Below are positions 47,682-61,269 of a stretch of 64,000 nucleotides of DNA, piece after piece. The notes under the pieces were generated by a model. The model saw only the letters and a list, made by a program, of their open reading frames with translations. It did no database searches and was not told the origin of the DNA. Made by a program: the position numbers and the translations under genes. Positions within the stretch are counted from its first letter, which is position 1. Each line of letters begins with the position of its first letter. The DNA is from Eledone cirrhosa (lineage: Eukaryota). Location: positions 244,652,001 through 244,716,000 of the forward strand of contig OZ024742.1 of assembly GCA_964016885.1 (NCBI GenBank). Reading direction: 5' to 3'.

Positions 47682-47866
47682 TTGGCAATATTGGTAGAGC
47701 GTCGGACATGTTGTATGGCCCTTAACGATCTGAGTTCAAATTCTGCTGAGGTTAGCCTTTCATTCTAACAGGGTTGATAAAATAAAGTACCAGTAATGCA
47801 CTGGGGTCAATTTAATCGACTTTCCCCATCCTTTCAAATTGTTGGCCTTGTGCCTTTAGTAGAAAT
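47682..47866 (+). mobile_element. SINE family A
   Basis: Head, B-box, central block; TSD attatt(c/g)ttttaacaat. Confidence 0.85.
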
Positions 47867-48689
47867 CATTATTGTTTTAACAATGTCAAAACAATTTGAC
47901 AAGCTCTGAATTCTGTTATTTCTTCTTGTGTTCTTCTATGTTCTCTCTCTGTATTATGCAACTTTATTTGTTACAGTTCCCTTCTATGTATTTATATTCC
48001 TCTTTGCTAATTAATATTTCTATAAAGACTGGTCCTTCTTCATTAATCTAATCAGATATTCCTTATCTGCTTTGTGGAGAAAACACTGTTGAAACCCAAA
48101 CTCAGTATATAAGAATGAATCTGATTTGTTTTCTCCTTTTAACCTTGTATGTATGAACTTTGAAGAGATCTTTAAAGAAACAGAGAGAAAGTGACATCCC
48201 AACGAGTATCCTCCACCTCCAATTAACTGGGGCCTGGCCAACAGGATGGAGAATACATTGCCCTGGAGGACGGCAAGGGAGATAATCTGGAACAGCCACT
48301 CCTATTCGTGGGGCTCAATAGCAGTGAGTTGGGATGTGGAGGTAGTTTATATATACCTAGTATATATCGAATTCAGAAAGATGAGTAATATTATTTGCCA
48401 TATTTAGTTTGGTAAAATCTTATTTTTTAGTTAGCTTTCTAATGTAGAAGTTTAAGGATGTGCTGAAATAACAAATATAGCTACATGTCAGTTTCCCTAT
48501 ATTTTCTACATCCTACTAAAAAGGTATCTTTTTTAACCCTTTAGCATTTACATTACTCTATATTTACTATTGTATTTTCGCGGTATTTTCGAATCTATAA
48601 GATTTTTATATTTATTTTGAGAACAATACCTTAACATAAGTATGAGCAGCCAGTTACAGCTGGTTTCCGAACACTAATATTTGGGCATT

Positions 48690-50600
48690 CATATAGAAAC
48701 ATCAAGACAACAAGAAGCTGACCATCGGTCCCATACTCCAGCAGAGCCTTCTACAGCAGGTCCCAGGGAATTCAATTGTATGCTTTTTTGAGGTCTACAA
48801 AACAAGAATACACCTCTTGGCAGTACTCCCATGATTTTTCAAAGAGCTATCACAGTGAAAATATTTAGTTGGCTATGCTACATCTGGGGTGAAAACCCTA
48901 CTGTTCATCAGCTAGCTTGGACTTGACAATCTCCTACATATCTTTGCCAGACACTTAGCATAGACTTTACCGAGGAGGCTTAACAAGGAGATCCCTCTGT
49001 AATTGGAACAATCTCTTGTCTCCCTTTTTGAAAATTGGGATTATCACTCCCGATTGCCATTGCTTTCATCTTCCCCAGCAGCCTTGCCATATTTGAGCTC
49101 TTTTAACAGCCTCCAAGAGATTAGTTACCACTCCCAGCTGCACCCCGTGTACATCAGAACATGTGATTGAATTTAGGAGATCAGCAAAGTATTCTCTCCA
49201 CCTCATGAGAAAAACTCTCTGAAGGAGGAGAACCCCAGATGCGTTCCTGAGAGCAGGTGGGGAGGGGGATTTCTTATTATGAAGTCGGCAGATGGTCTGT
49301 CAGAACATTTTATTTGCTGATCTGAAGTCAGATTAACCCCCAAATCCTCTCATGTCTTAACATTGGACGCTTTTACTGTCTCAGCTGCAATTTTTGTGCC
49401 TGCTTGTATCACAAGTGCAAGAAGGGGGACTTGTCCAAGTCAAGCTTTGTAAGCATCTTTCTTTGCTCAGATGATATCTTTGACTCCTTGATTGAAACAA
49501 GGGGTCGTCCTACCATCTGGCATCACACAAAGCCTCTTTTGCCCGCATCATTTAACAGCTGAACATTGAGCTGAACAATTTCCACTCTATCTCAATGTCC
49601 TCAGTTTGCTGAAGGAGTTCTCTGAATTTGGATGCAATTGTATCTGCATACCTGGTCCTGACTTCCCACTTTATCCTGTAGCTCACCCTGGACTTGCCAG
49701 TTTTGAGAACTTCTTTGACCGTAGGTAGTCCCAAGGTGATACCTAGATGGTGATTAGTTGACAGCTCAGTCCATCTCTTAACACGAACATCCAACATAGA
49801 ATTGAGGAGATCAGAGACAATAACAAAATCAATTATTGATCTGTCCCTGATTCCCCTGATACCATGTATATTTATGGATGTCTCTGTGATAGAAGAAGGT
49901 GTTCATAATAGAGAGTTCATTGCTAGAACATTCGTATTTAGATTGGGCTCGCCATTCCTTCTAATCACTCCTTTCCTTATCAGGTAGTCAATGCAAACAT
50001 GTGCAATGAAGTCTCCCATTAGGATATATGACTCAGTCTTAACCTCTAACACTTCAGTGACTTCATCAAGGAAGGATCTGTATTTGGACTACTTTTTTGG
50101 TCCATAAACTTGCACCACCCACAGAGACCTATCTTTCAGCATAAGCTTCAAGAGACAAATACTCCCTCCTAATGGGATCCAGTCCATAACACATTCTGAT
50201 AGCGAGAGGCTTGTGAGTATCTCCACTCCTGCCTGTGCAGTCATTTCTGGGCCACACCTGAATAGTGGAGTTTCTATCCTCCATCCAAACCTACAGTATT
50301 AGAACCACAGAACTTTGTTGCAGAAACCCTGACTATATTTAGCCGGTAGCATGTAGCCTATTCTACTTGTTTCTGCTCCTTGCCTGTAAGGGTTGTGATG
50401 TTCCAGGTTCTAATTATCAAGGTTTGTTCCCTTCTGAACCCTCCTGGGGGTCTTGAGATACGCAATCTTTGTGTGTCCATCCCATGCCTCACAAGACAGG
50501 TTGCAGGCCCATCGCTAGTTTTTGCGACATGAAATGGGGAGTGCAATATATTTTTTGAACCGGCCCTTATACCTTAGGCCTGAACACGTCCCATGTTAAT
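48690..50600 (-). mobile_element. Decayed 5' half of an Expander-like RTE LINE (APE endonuclease, linker, RT start)
   Basis: Minus frames: IIRTWNITTLTGKE, LMGDFIAHV, DVRVKRWTELSTNHHL, RWREYFADLLN, ISLLSLLGKVYAK, FVDLKKAY. Confidence 0.8.
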
Positions 50601-51229
50601 CTGCACAGGTTTGAGAAAGTACCAGATTGGTGACTAGTGCAAATAAGACCACCAAAACTGCAATATGGAGAGAGGTACAAAAAAAAAACACTATAATTTC
50701 AAAGTAATTAAATATTGTGTTTCTTTCAAAGGTCTAAAGTACAGGTTTGAAAATGGACATTTGATCATGCTTAGAAAAATAACAAGTTTCAAGTTACAAC
50801 TGTAATAGAAGTAGGATTTACATAGAGATGTTTGGAGGAAATGTGTCATGTTTTATGTATATGCTTGTGTTTATAAAATCAATGGTGTGATGTGTGTTAT
50901 GTATATGTTATGTGATACATGATGTGTATTATGTATATGTTTATCAAGTCAATGGTGTGATGTGTGTTGTAGAAAAGTGTATTGAAGTTCTTTTTTTCCA
51001 TGTCACACGTCGTATTCACAGATAATATGGTGGAAGTAACAGAAAGAATGAAATAATATATGTATTTATAACATAGGGGAAATAGATATACGACAATTGA
51101 TTTGTCATTCAGCCTAAGATGTCTTATTTAAGGCAGATGAAAATGTTAAAGTAAAAAATGGCTGATTCTATTCTGTGTCTTGTTTTCATTATGTTTTGCC
51201 GGGAAAGAATAGTGACAAGTTGCTATGTC

Positions 51230-51870
51230 ATCATCATTATCATCATCATCATCACCATTACCATTTTACGTCGATTCTTCCACGCTAGCATGGCTTAGAC
51301 GGGTTGACCTGTTGTGGGCAATACTAGGTTGGGTGACCTTGTCTTGCTCATACAGGAACTGATTTTGGCTTGATTTCTACAGCTGGATGCCCTTCCTAAC
51401 ACCAACCTCATTTACAGTGAGTACTGGGTGCTTTTTTTACCGTGGTGCCTACATGACCACTTTACAGTGTAGACTGGGTGCTTTTTTATCGTGACACCTC
51501 CACAACCACTTTGCAGTGGAAGGGTGTGGGGACATATTGTCGATAAGCTTCAGCTTCGGCTTGTACCCGTGGGAACTCGGGTCTTCTGCATGATGCCAGT
51601 GGTCTCGTCCTGTGTCATTGCCTTTGAGAGGTGTAATTGGACTAGGTCAGCTTTTATCACCTCATCCTAGGTCTTATTCGATCTCCCCACTCCAAGGCTT
51701 CCATCAACTTTTAGTATTCTGCACCTTTTTATGTAGCTGTCATCCTTCATAAGCATCACATGTCCATACCAACGCAAGCTCCTCTCCTGCACACAGCATT
51801 TGATTCCTCTTAAGCTCAGTCTCTCTCTCAATTCGTTTATGCTTTGCCGTTCGCATATATTACTATCAGT
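51230..51870 (-). mobile_element. RTE-PHD-related 3' end with UTR
   Basis: ERQSINELRERLSLRGIKCCVQERSLRWYGHVM; UTR with about 2 of the 48-bp units; (cat)n tail. Confidence 0.85.
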
Positions 51871-52177
51871 TAATATTTGCTTTATATTCATTTAATATTT
51901 GCTTTCCCTGCTAGCAAGAGTTGGATGGATCTATGTAGACCACGTCAGTACTGAAGCAGTGCTATTGACCTCCCAGACAAGCCCGGAGGTGTGTGTGTGT
52001 CTGTATCTCACTTATGTATGGTCTTACATTCTATCGAATGCAGAAGGAAGGTTGTCATGTCTTTGATGCAACTGTAGGGTCCTCTCAATTCTTTGTTTGG
52101 CAGGCTTTCTACAGCTGGATACCCTTCTTATCACCAACCACTTTACAGCATGTACTGGGTTCATTTATTATGTAGAT

Positions 52178-52420
52178 CAATGGTCTCTAACCTTTTTATA
52201 CCACTGACCAGCTTCATGTTGGACAATCTTTCCGCAGACCAGAAGTTGCACATATGTGTTATTTAAGTGCATTTCAATAAAGAGAGCAATAATAAAAAGA
52301 GTAATTTATTAAAGTAGATGAATATTGATTATTCAATTTATCTATTATATAATTTTAAACAAGTCAATTATTTCTTTGTGGCTCAGTGGCAAATAATCCA
52401 CGGACCGGTGGTTTGGGCCC
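52178..52420. mobile_element. hAT-like MITE inserted in an RTE UTR remnant
   Basis: caatggtctctaacctttt ... ggaccggtggtttggg; the host UTR matches 53460-53730 on both sides. Confidence 0.5.
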
Positions 52421-53159
52421 TCAATACTAAGGAAGCTGTCATCTCTTTGACACAACTGAAGTTGTCATATTGAAGTAAAGACAAAAGAGAGAATAGCTTA
52501 AGTTGGTCCTTATGTAACCTCAATTAGTGACAATACTGGACTCTCATGTATCCAAATTATACTTCACCTGGCTGGATCAGGTAGCTGTACTATATTGAAT
52601 ATAATGAGCCAGTGGACTAATGACATGAATTTAGATAAATCAAACTGCGGTGTACTGAATGCAACTGCAACTGTTTTTATGCCATATCCAATGCTAAAGC
52701 AGAGGTTAGCCTTGCATGTTCCATGATAAACCTTTTGAAGTAACATTTTATGGCCAGACACCTTTCCTGGCACCAACCCTTTTAGTCACCATTTACAAGG
52801 ATGCAGTGTGCCTATTCTAAATCTGATACAAACATAGTTATTTACTGAATGATGTATGAAATTCTTATTTAATTGAAATTTGCCTTTTAGTTGGAGGTAA
52901 AACAAGAAAGCCCTAGCAGTTATTGTTAGTGACTCTCTGCTTACCAAAACTTTGGTTTTCCCCAAGTTTACTCAGTCTTTTTCCACTGAATTGACTATAA
53001 GAAACAGGCCTTCAGCATACAGAAGTTCCCATGAAATCCTTTTATATGGCCTGGACCACTATAATAAACAGCAGTGGGCTGTGGACTGAAATTAGATGAA
53101 CACCTACCTACACTTTGAATTCTTCACTAAACTCATTAACTACTTACACTTTACTGACG

Positions 53160-54545
53160 GCTTCTCACATAGTTTCCTGAAGGACATGGGATGACAGAAC
53201 ATAGTACTTTGTCAAAGCCCTTCTCCAGATCAACAAAAGCCAGATATGGTGGCTTACACTTAGCTACGAACTTCTCTTGTAGTTGTCTCACTACCAAACT
53301 GCATCTCATCTGATTTGACTCTTTCTCCAATTAGTTGGGCTAAAACTCTTTCTGTCACTTACATTACTTGGTCCATCAGTTTTATTCCTCCATAGCTACT
53401 TATTTTATGTCCCAACATTTACATCATCATCATCATCATCATTGTCATTTTAACATCTGCTTTCTCTGCTAGCAAGAGATGGATGGATCCATATAAACCA
53501 AGTCAGTACTGAAGTGGAGCAGCTGATCTCCCAGGCAGGCCAGGGACCTGTGCACTTATGTACAGTCTCTCGTTCGATTGAGTGCTCAGGCCTTTGATAC
53601 ACCTGATGGTCTGCTCAACCCTTTGTTTGGTAACATTTCTACGGCTAGATGCCCTTCCTATCACCAACACTTTACAGCATGTACTGGGTGCATTTATCAT
53701 GTAGATCACCAACACTAGGGAGGTTGTCATATCCTTGACATGGCTGAAGGAATGTGTGTGTGTGGTGGATTGAAGTAGTGAAGTTGAGAATAAGTGTTAG
53801 GGAGTGCTAGTGGAAGGAGGAGGGTATGTTAGGTAACCTTGTAAACTGCAGGTTGGGTCTTCTTTGGCACTGTATAACGCCAGCCCTCGCAGTCTTTAGT
53901 CATATCTGTTGTAAGGTTTAGCTTTCTGAGGTCAGTCCTTACAATCTCGTCCCATGTCTTCCTGGGTCTGCCACTTCCACGGGTCCCAGCCACTGGAGTT
54001 TCTCTGCATTTCTTTATGCAGTTGTCATTTTCCATGCACATCACATGGCCATACCAATGTAAATCTTCTCTCTTGCTCACTACATCCAATTCCTCTTATG
54101 CCAAATTTTTCCCTCAGTTTGCTTATACTGTGTCGCTCATGCACATACTAACATTACACATCCATGGAAGCATACTTGACTCATTTCTTTCTAGCCACTG
54201 TAGTTCTTCTGCAATCAAGGCCCATGTCTCACTGCCATGTAGCATAGCAGTTCACACAGGCATCATATAGTCTACCCTTCACTCTGAGAGAAAAGAATTT
54301 TGTTGTTAGTAGTAGTAATAGATCTCTAAACTTCTTCCAGCCTGTTCTTATCCTAGCTATCATACTTTCAGTGCATCCTCCCCAGCTACTAATTTGATCG
54401 CCTAGGTAGTAAAAGCTGTCCACAACTTCTAGAGAGCTCACCAGGAAGTTGAGAGAATCTATTTCACGTGTGTTCTTCGCTTGTGCATTTGCCACAAATA
54501 AAGTCTATCTTTTCCATTAGCCTATCTGCAATCCCACTACATCTC
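53160..54545 (-). mobile_element. Older RTE-PHD subfamily fragments (RT segment 53160-53400; 3' half and UTR 53420-54545)
   Basis: LEVVDSFYYLGDQISSWGGC...RIRTGWKKFRDL, WYGHVMCM, GRPRKTWDE. Confidence 0.8.
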
Positions 54546-55614
54546 TTATGTAAATTAATATTCTTGTAAAATTCTTCTTGTGAAATTACATCTTAATTTC
54601 TTGATGTTATCTCTTGACTAGGGTTTTGTTTTCTTAATTTAAGAGACAAATTACAAAACTGAGAATTTTGCATTATCCAGTACATCCTTCCTTACCTAAT
54701 TTGTCTTAAAGTCCAACTTTTGGAACTCTAGTTTTTCTTTTAGAGGTTTCTACCAAAGTAATCATAAAGTATTATTTCTGTAGAAATTGACAATAACAGA
54801 GAAATATGAATTTGATTTAGCTGTTCAGGAAGGTCACTGACTTGGGAAATGTTTAGTCACCTAATACAAAGGCAAAGGTAATGCATAAAGAGGAAGTAGA
54901 GTGTTAAGAAGTGAAGCTGAATAGCCCTGGAAGAAAGATAATAAATATTACATCTAAAATGTATAATGTTAGTTGTATCCAGCTGTGTCATGGTCTTATG
55001 AAGAGAATTCAATATAAATAGTTTAATCAGCAAAGCTTTATACCTTTATCATATAAAAAAAACTCTCTATATTTATATACTCAGAGGGCTCTCTAGAAGT
55101 AGTGGACAACTTCTGTTACCTGACTGACTAAATTAGCAGTGGAAGTGGATGTACTGAAGGTACAGTTGCATGAATAAGAACTGTGGGAAAGATCAGGGAG
55201 CTTCCACTACTGCTGGCTTCAAAGGGTTTGCAGGAGAAGAGACTGCAATGGTATGGAAATGTAATGCATATGAAGGATGGCAACTGCATAAAGAAATACA
55301 GAGTGCACAAAATGAAAGACAGTCCAGCTTAACTCATACCAACACATAGACTGGTGCAACCAATCCTTTTCCCCATTTAAACCATGCCAGCATGACATGG
55401 TAGTGAAGAAGCAGAGATGTGGAATGAAACTCAGGCCCAACTTTACCCCACCTAGTATAGTGATAACATTCTCAGATAGGGCTGGAAAGGTGCTGCTGCC
55501 ATGAAAAAATGCTCCCAGTAGACACTGTGATATGCTTGGATTTAGGAAAGGTATCCAACCATAGAAAAACAAGCCAAAATCAGATTAAGCAAAACGTGTT
55601 CACCTGACCTATGC

Positions 55615-55975
55615 TCTGATGCACTGAGGAGGGTAAACTCTCTCAAATCTCAGTCACTCTCCAACAGGTTTGCAGTGAAGCCCGTGGCAGTGGATATCTC
55701 AGGTGTCTTTAGCCCTAGGGCCACCTCCCTGCTCACCACCATCGGCATGGTGTTGGCTACCCGCAAATGTGAGCGTCGCGAGCTGAAATGGCTCTTCCAG
55801 TGCATCTCCCTCACCATCCTCCGGGGAAACACCTTCTCTATTCTTTCTGCCAGGGCCGTGGGTCGGCCACCATGTGGCCCCGCATTTGCTCATAATAGTG
55901 AGAGATGGAGAGACAGAAGCAATGACAGTAGGAGTTTGGTTCTTTTGTGTTCGGACCTGGTGTTTATATGTGTAT
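55615..55975 (+). mobile_element. CRE-like RLE retrotransposon 3' end (family A)
   Basis: PVAVDISGVFSP...ELKWLFQCISLTILRGNTFSIL; nearly collinear with 41555-41880. Confidence 0.75.
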
Positions 55976-56189
55976 ATAAGAGAGAATGAGTCTAAAAGCT
56001 GTTTCTTTTATTTTTTAGTTGTCTCCAACTGTGACTAGATTATAACTTATAACTTAACAAAAAGATTCATACATAAGGTCACCACATGCAATGTACAATG
56101 ACAACACATCCAAACCAAGCAAGAATGGAAAATAAACTTTAAACAACGATGATGGCGATGATGATTATGGATGTTAAAATGGTTAAAAT

Positions 56190-56610
56190 CTCATCATCAT
56201 CATCATCGTTTAATGTCTATCTTCCACGCTAGCATGGGTTAGACGGGAATTGTCCCACTTGAGGCAAAATTGATCGGGTGACCGTGTCTTGCTCATATAG
56301 GACTGTATCTGGCATGTTTTCTACGGCTGGATGCCGTTCCTAACACCAACCACATTTACAGTGTGGACTGGGAGCCTTTTTACCATGTCTCCTACATGAC
56401 TACTTTATAGCATGGACTGGGTGCTTTTTGTTGTGACACCTACACGACCTCCTTAGGTCTGGACTGGATGTTGTGGTACCAACATAACTTTACAGAGAAA
56501 GGGTGGTGTGGGAGGATTGAGTAGGGGTAGCGGGTTGGGGTGTATATTTGGCTAAGAGGTGCCTACAGACTAGGTGTAACTTTGTAAGGGAAGGCGGGTC
56601 TTCTGTATTA
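56190..56610 (-). mobile_element. RTE-PHD 3' UTR copy
   Basis: Collinear with 15493-15920. Confidence 0.85.
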
Positions 56611-57059
56611 TTCCCAATATGTAATATCCATTACCACTTCTTTCTAGCTTTGGAAAATGATCTTGTGTTTAAAACTTTATTTCTTGGTGATTCTGAGTTC
56701 TTTGTTTTCTTTTTACATTTAATTTTAATCAAATCACATTTTAGATTAATAAATAATATTGAAAATATTTAAATGTTTCTGGTCACTGGTCAGTTCATAT
56801 TTGTTGAGTTTTCTACTACTTTTATTAGAAATATATATTTTACCTGAATATCTAGATATTTAAAAAAATTATATACTAGTTGTTGTTTAGCTTCAGGTCA
56901 GCTTTGATTGAGCAGTCTTCTGTTGATTTAACTACATTGTCAAATGTATCCTTCTCCATTTTAAGATTGTAGGATGTGATTTGAGAGAGATTTGGCTGCT
57001 TCTAAGCTACTTTATCGACCATGTAGATACTCCCTCATTGGTTCATTCTAAACTAAATG

Positions 57060-57250
57060 CATCTCCTTCACCATCCTCCTGGGAAACACCTTCTCTATTC
57101 TGTCCATTGAGGCCACCAGTCTGCCGAGGATACAGGCCCACCAGCACATGGGCCCTCATTTGCTCATAATAGTGAGAGTTAGAGAGAGCGGGAGGCAGTG
57201 ACAGTGGGAGTTTAGTTCCTTTGTGTTCGGACCTTGTGTATATGTATATG
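57060..57250 (+). mobile_element. CRE-like family A short 3' remnant
   Basis: catctccttcaccatcctcctgggaaacaccttctctattctg ... gttcggacc. Confidence 0.7.
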
Positions 57251-57387
57251 TTTATTTACTGCACCACACACACATTCTCAGTGAGATTATACTTATCTGT
57301 ATCTTAACTTCAGAAAGAAATAGGAATGCTGTCAAAGTGCAAGCATTATGCACTTTTAAATGTATTGACCTTTGTATTTATATAATA

Positions 57388-58154
57388 CTAGCAGAATGGC
57401 CCGGCGTTGCTCGGGGTTTGCTATAGGGTTCTTATATATTTGATATATATTTATCCTTATCGAACCTCGTGAAATAAATACGTTTGTTTATATTTTGTTA
57501 TTGTGTATGCAAAAATATCTGTCCATAAATATATAATTATATATATATATATATTAAAATAACAGACTAAAGTTTAAGCAAAGAATCACTGCTTTCACCC
57601 TTAACGGGATATTCTACCTAAAAGCAGTATGAAGTACACAGACTAAGACTAATTGATGTAATCTTTGGCCTTGTTTGTTTATATTTTGTTTTTGTGTATG
57701 CAAAAATATCTGTACACGAATATCTATATTAAAATAACATATTAATGTTTAGGCAAAGAATCGCTGCTTTCAACCTTAACGGGATATTCTTAAACTAAAA
57801 AAATAAATCTGGAAAACAGGAAGACGATACTTTGGTTCGTGAAGACGTTCCCTGCATAAGAATATATATACACACACACACTGATCGCGTCATAATGACG
57901 TAATGCAGACAGTCAGGCATACAGACAGATATTATGAAGGCGCGACGTCATATCTATGTATCTATCTAAAAAGAGAAAGAGATCGCTAAATCGCCTAATG
58001 CGGTCCCTAGGGCATTGAAAATTTGAAATTTTTTTGCTCAAAACACTTTCGGGGTCATACGAGTTACATGTATAAAGTTTGAAAAAAACCGGTTGGGTAC
58101 TTCTCGAGTTTTAGGGAAACAGACACACAGACATCCTCTATTTTATATATATAA
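57388..58154 (-). mobile_element. Non-autonomous Helitron, same ends as 2679-4304 but a different interior
   Basis: A|CTAGCAGAATGGCCCGGCGTTGCTCGGG at the left end; cagacatcctctattttatatatata at the right end. Confidence 0.8.
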
Positions 58155-59711
58155 ATGAATTTTTTTCATATATGTCTGTTCAGTGTTATTTTCAATTGAT
58201 GTTGAATAATAGAATTGGATATGAAACTTTTCAGTTATGACTTCAAAGTTGATTTGCTGTTTCACTTTTTAAATTTCTCAAAATAAATCTGAATAACAAA
58301 GAGCTGGTTGCCATATGATTCAATATATTAATTTCTAATGCAGTTAGACATCACAAAATACTTGACATCTGCCTTGAAAATTATTAAAGGAATATCTAAA
58401 CAAAATAGGAATTTTAAATTAAGAGGTAGAATAGAAATTCAGAATTAAAGAAGTAATGAACGACTTCTATTTTGCTATTTTTATTGTATGATATATTCAA
58501 TGTTTCAACTAAATGTTATTAAATGCTGTTCTCAGCCCTATTCATCTTACATATCATGTCATCAACATAACATGCCCCATGTTTTGTTGACTCTTGTCAA
58601 AACAGACTATACCACTAATCTTAGTCACAATTATGTTCAATTATCATTTACATTCAACCTTCTTTCTGAATTAACTGAGTACATTCAACAGAGTCTAATC
58701 AATTCCTTCCACTTTAATTCAAGCATTTCCTCTCTATTGACTTCCAATGTTTTATGAATAAATAAACATTATCTTTTTTACACCTCATTCAGTTTGCCTC
58801 CTTATTTTTTTTTTTTTTTTTTTTTTTCAAATTGGGTGAGTGAAGTATATATATATATATATAGAGAGAGAGGCCTGTTGTTGCTGACAGTAGTCACAGT
58901 TTTCAGAACTTTGTTTACCTGTTTCTCACTTAAATCACCATGCTATTATTATCTCTACTTTCAGTGAAAAATGTATGTTTTAAACAAATGTTATAAGTGT
59001 GTGTGTGTATTTTATTGTCATCTACTGAAAACCTGTGGTGTCAGCTGCTGCAATGGTCCTAATCTCCTCTTACCACTACTTTGTCTGCTTCTAGCCTGGC
59101 AATGTCTGCTGTTTTTGTTCAATAGTATCCAGGGATGCCCTCTACTGCTCCCAGAAGGTTGCTTGTGTCTTTCCTCCTTGTATACTTGACTTGATGACAA
59201 TCAGTGACAATAACTTTTCAAATAAGAGAAGCATTTTCAGTGTTCATAAACTGTTATCCAATATCAACTTAATGTTAGAATTTGTTTCTATGAAAAGAAA
59301 ATTCTGAATTTCAACTAGCAAGAAATTTTCATCTCAGTAATCAATCATTCATCAGTGTGATTGTCAACATCAATAGGGTTAGCAAAGTACTTGACATTAA
59401 TGTTGCAGCTTGATTTACTCTCACATAAAACTCATTCCAAATGTCATGAAACTTCTTATATGAATTGCTTTATTGCAGTATCTATTGAGACACCATCTAC
59501 CCTATAAGATAGTCAGTAACAGCTCTGCCATTTTTATACTATTTACTCCTAATAGTAAATGTGTTTCATTCACCACTCCACATGTATAAGATAGCTAAGC
59601 AGGTACATATCAGGGTTCAGCTATGTCTCCTATATTCTTCTGCTTGCTGTTACCTCTAACCACATACATTTTTAAAAACATCATACCTTCAATTTTTTCT
59701 AACTTGCCATA

Positions 59712-60618
59712 CGAGGGCAATCCCAAAAGTAAGGTCTCCAAAGCGATGGGGATGCAGAGAAACTATTCGTACGGCTGTTGGCAACACTGTTGTGATTGGT
59801 GCTTTCTTCACTCCCAAACGAGCATAAGCACGCTTCGCTGGGATGCTCAATCTTGGCTTGGCAGCCGTTGAGAATGGAGCTCCCGTTGAACACTACCGCC
59901 AAGTGCAAAGTTCACGCAGTTATTCGGTTTTTGAACGCAAAAGGCGTTGAACCGATTGAAATTCATCACCAATTGACGGAAGTGTATGGACAGTCGTGCA
60001 TGGATGTCAAAAGCGTTCGCAAGTGGTGTAGAGAGATTACAGCTGGTCGTACTGAAATTCACGATGAACAAAGGAGCGGGAGACTGTCATTTTCCAACGA
60101 GACAGTCGCAAAGGTTGACGAAAACATGCGTAAAGATCGGCGGATCACTCTGGATGCTCTCTGCATTTTGGTTCCTGAGATTTCCCGAAGTACCATCCAC
60201 AGGACTTTAACGGGAAAATTGCGACTGTCTCGTCAGAAATTGACGGTCTCCCGCTCCTTTGTTCGTCGTGAATTTCAGTACGACCGGCTGTAAACTCTCT
60301 ACACCACTTGCGAACGCTTTTGACATCCATGCACGACTGTCCATACACTTCCGTCAATTGGCGATGAATTTCAATCGGTTCAATGCCTTTTGCGTTCAAA
60401 AACCGAATAACTGCGCGAACTTTGCACTTGGTGGTAGTGTTCAACGGGAGCTCCATTCTCAACGGCTGCCAAGCCAAGATTGAGCATCCCAGCGAAGCGC
60501 GCGTATGCCTGTTTGGGAGTGAAGGAAGCACCAATCACAACAGGGTTGCCAACAACCGTACGAACAGTTTCTGTGCGTCCCCATCGCTTTGGAGACCTTA
60601 CTTTTGGGATTGCCCTCG
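59712..60618. mobile_element. Mariner derivative made of two inverted 5' halves
   Basis: TA|CGAGGGCAATCCCAAAAGTAAG ... CTTACTTTTGGGATTGCCCTCG|TA; both arms encode the N-terminal HTH (VIRFLNAKG..EIH.QL.EVYG...VRKWC..GRT...DEQRSGR); no DD34D catalytic domain. Confidence 0.92.
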
Positions 60619-60629
60619 TAGATAAGATT

Positions 60630-60790
60630 CCGGTAGCGGGTTGGATGCCATGCTTTACAGCAAAGAGTTATGGCCCTTTATGTTCAAATCCCACCGAGGT
60701 TAACTTTGCCTTTCATCCTTACGGGGTTGATAAAATAAAGCACCAGTAATACAATGGGATAATTGCTGGCCTTGTGCCAAAAGTAGAAAC
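60630..60790 (+). mobile_element. 5'-truncated SINE family A
   Basis: B-box, central block and tail. Confidence 0.85.
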
Positions 60791-61020
60791 AATTATTACT
60801 CCATTATACAAAATGTTTTAGTTGACAGTCCAAAAGCCACAATACTTCCTGCTAAGTGTGTATTACTTATTCCCTCATACAACATTGTACCTGGTGTACA
60901 AAGGCAAAAGCACTGCAGGTATCAATAAACACACCTTTCTACTTATGAACAACATACAGCTAAAACATTTATGTTCTTCACAAATATTAGACCTCACAGT
61001 CATTGACCTAAAATTTATAA

Positions 61021-61239
61021 CGGTTTCTTATTTAGGCAGAAGGCTAGCAATTTTGGGTGAGGAGGAAAGTCGATTAAGTCGACCCCAGTGCGTGACTGGT
61101 ACTTTATTTTATCGACCCCGTAAGGATGAAAGGTAAAGTTAACCTTGGCGGGATTTGAACTCAGATCATAAAGGGCCGTAACTCTATGCTGCAAAGCATG
61201 GTGTCCGACCCTCTACCGATACTGCCAATCCACTACCCT
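61021..61239 (-). mobile_element. Full-length SINE family A
   Basis: TSD tgacct(a/c)aaatttataa. Confidence 0.9.
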
Positions 61240-61269
61240 GACCTCAAATTTATAATGTAGCTAAGACTG

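Noticed and set aside
59796-60534. Functional mariner transposase or SETMAR-like gene
   Set aside because: Only the N-terminal HTH region is present, twice; no catalytic DD34D domain and no SET domain
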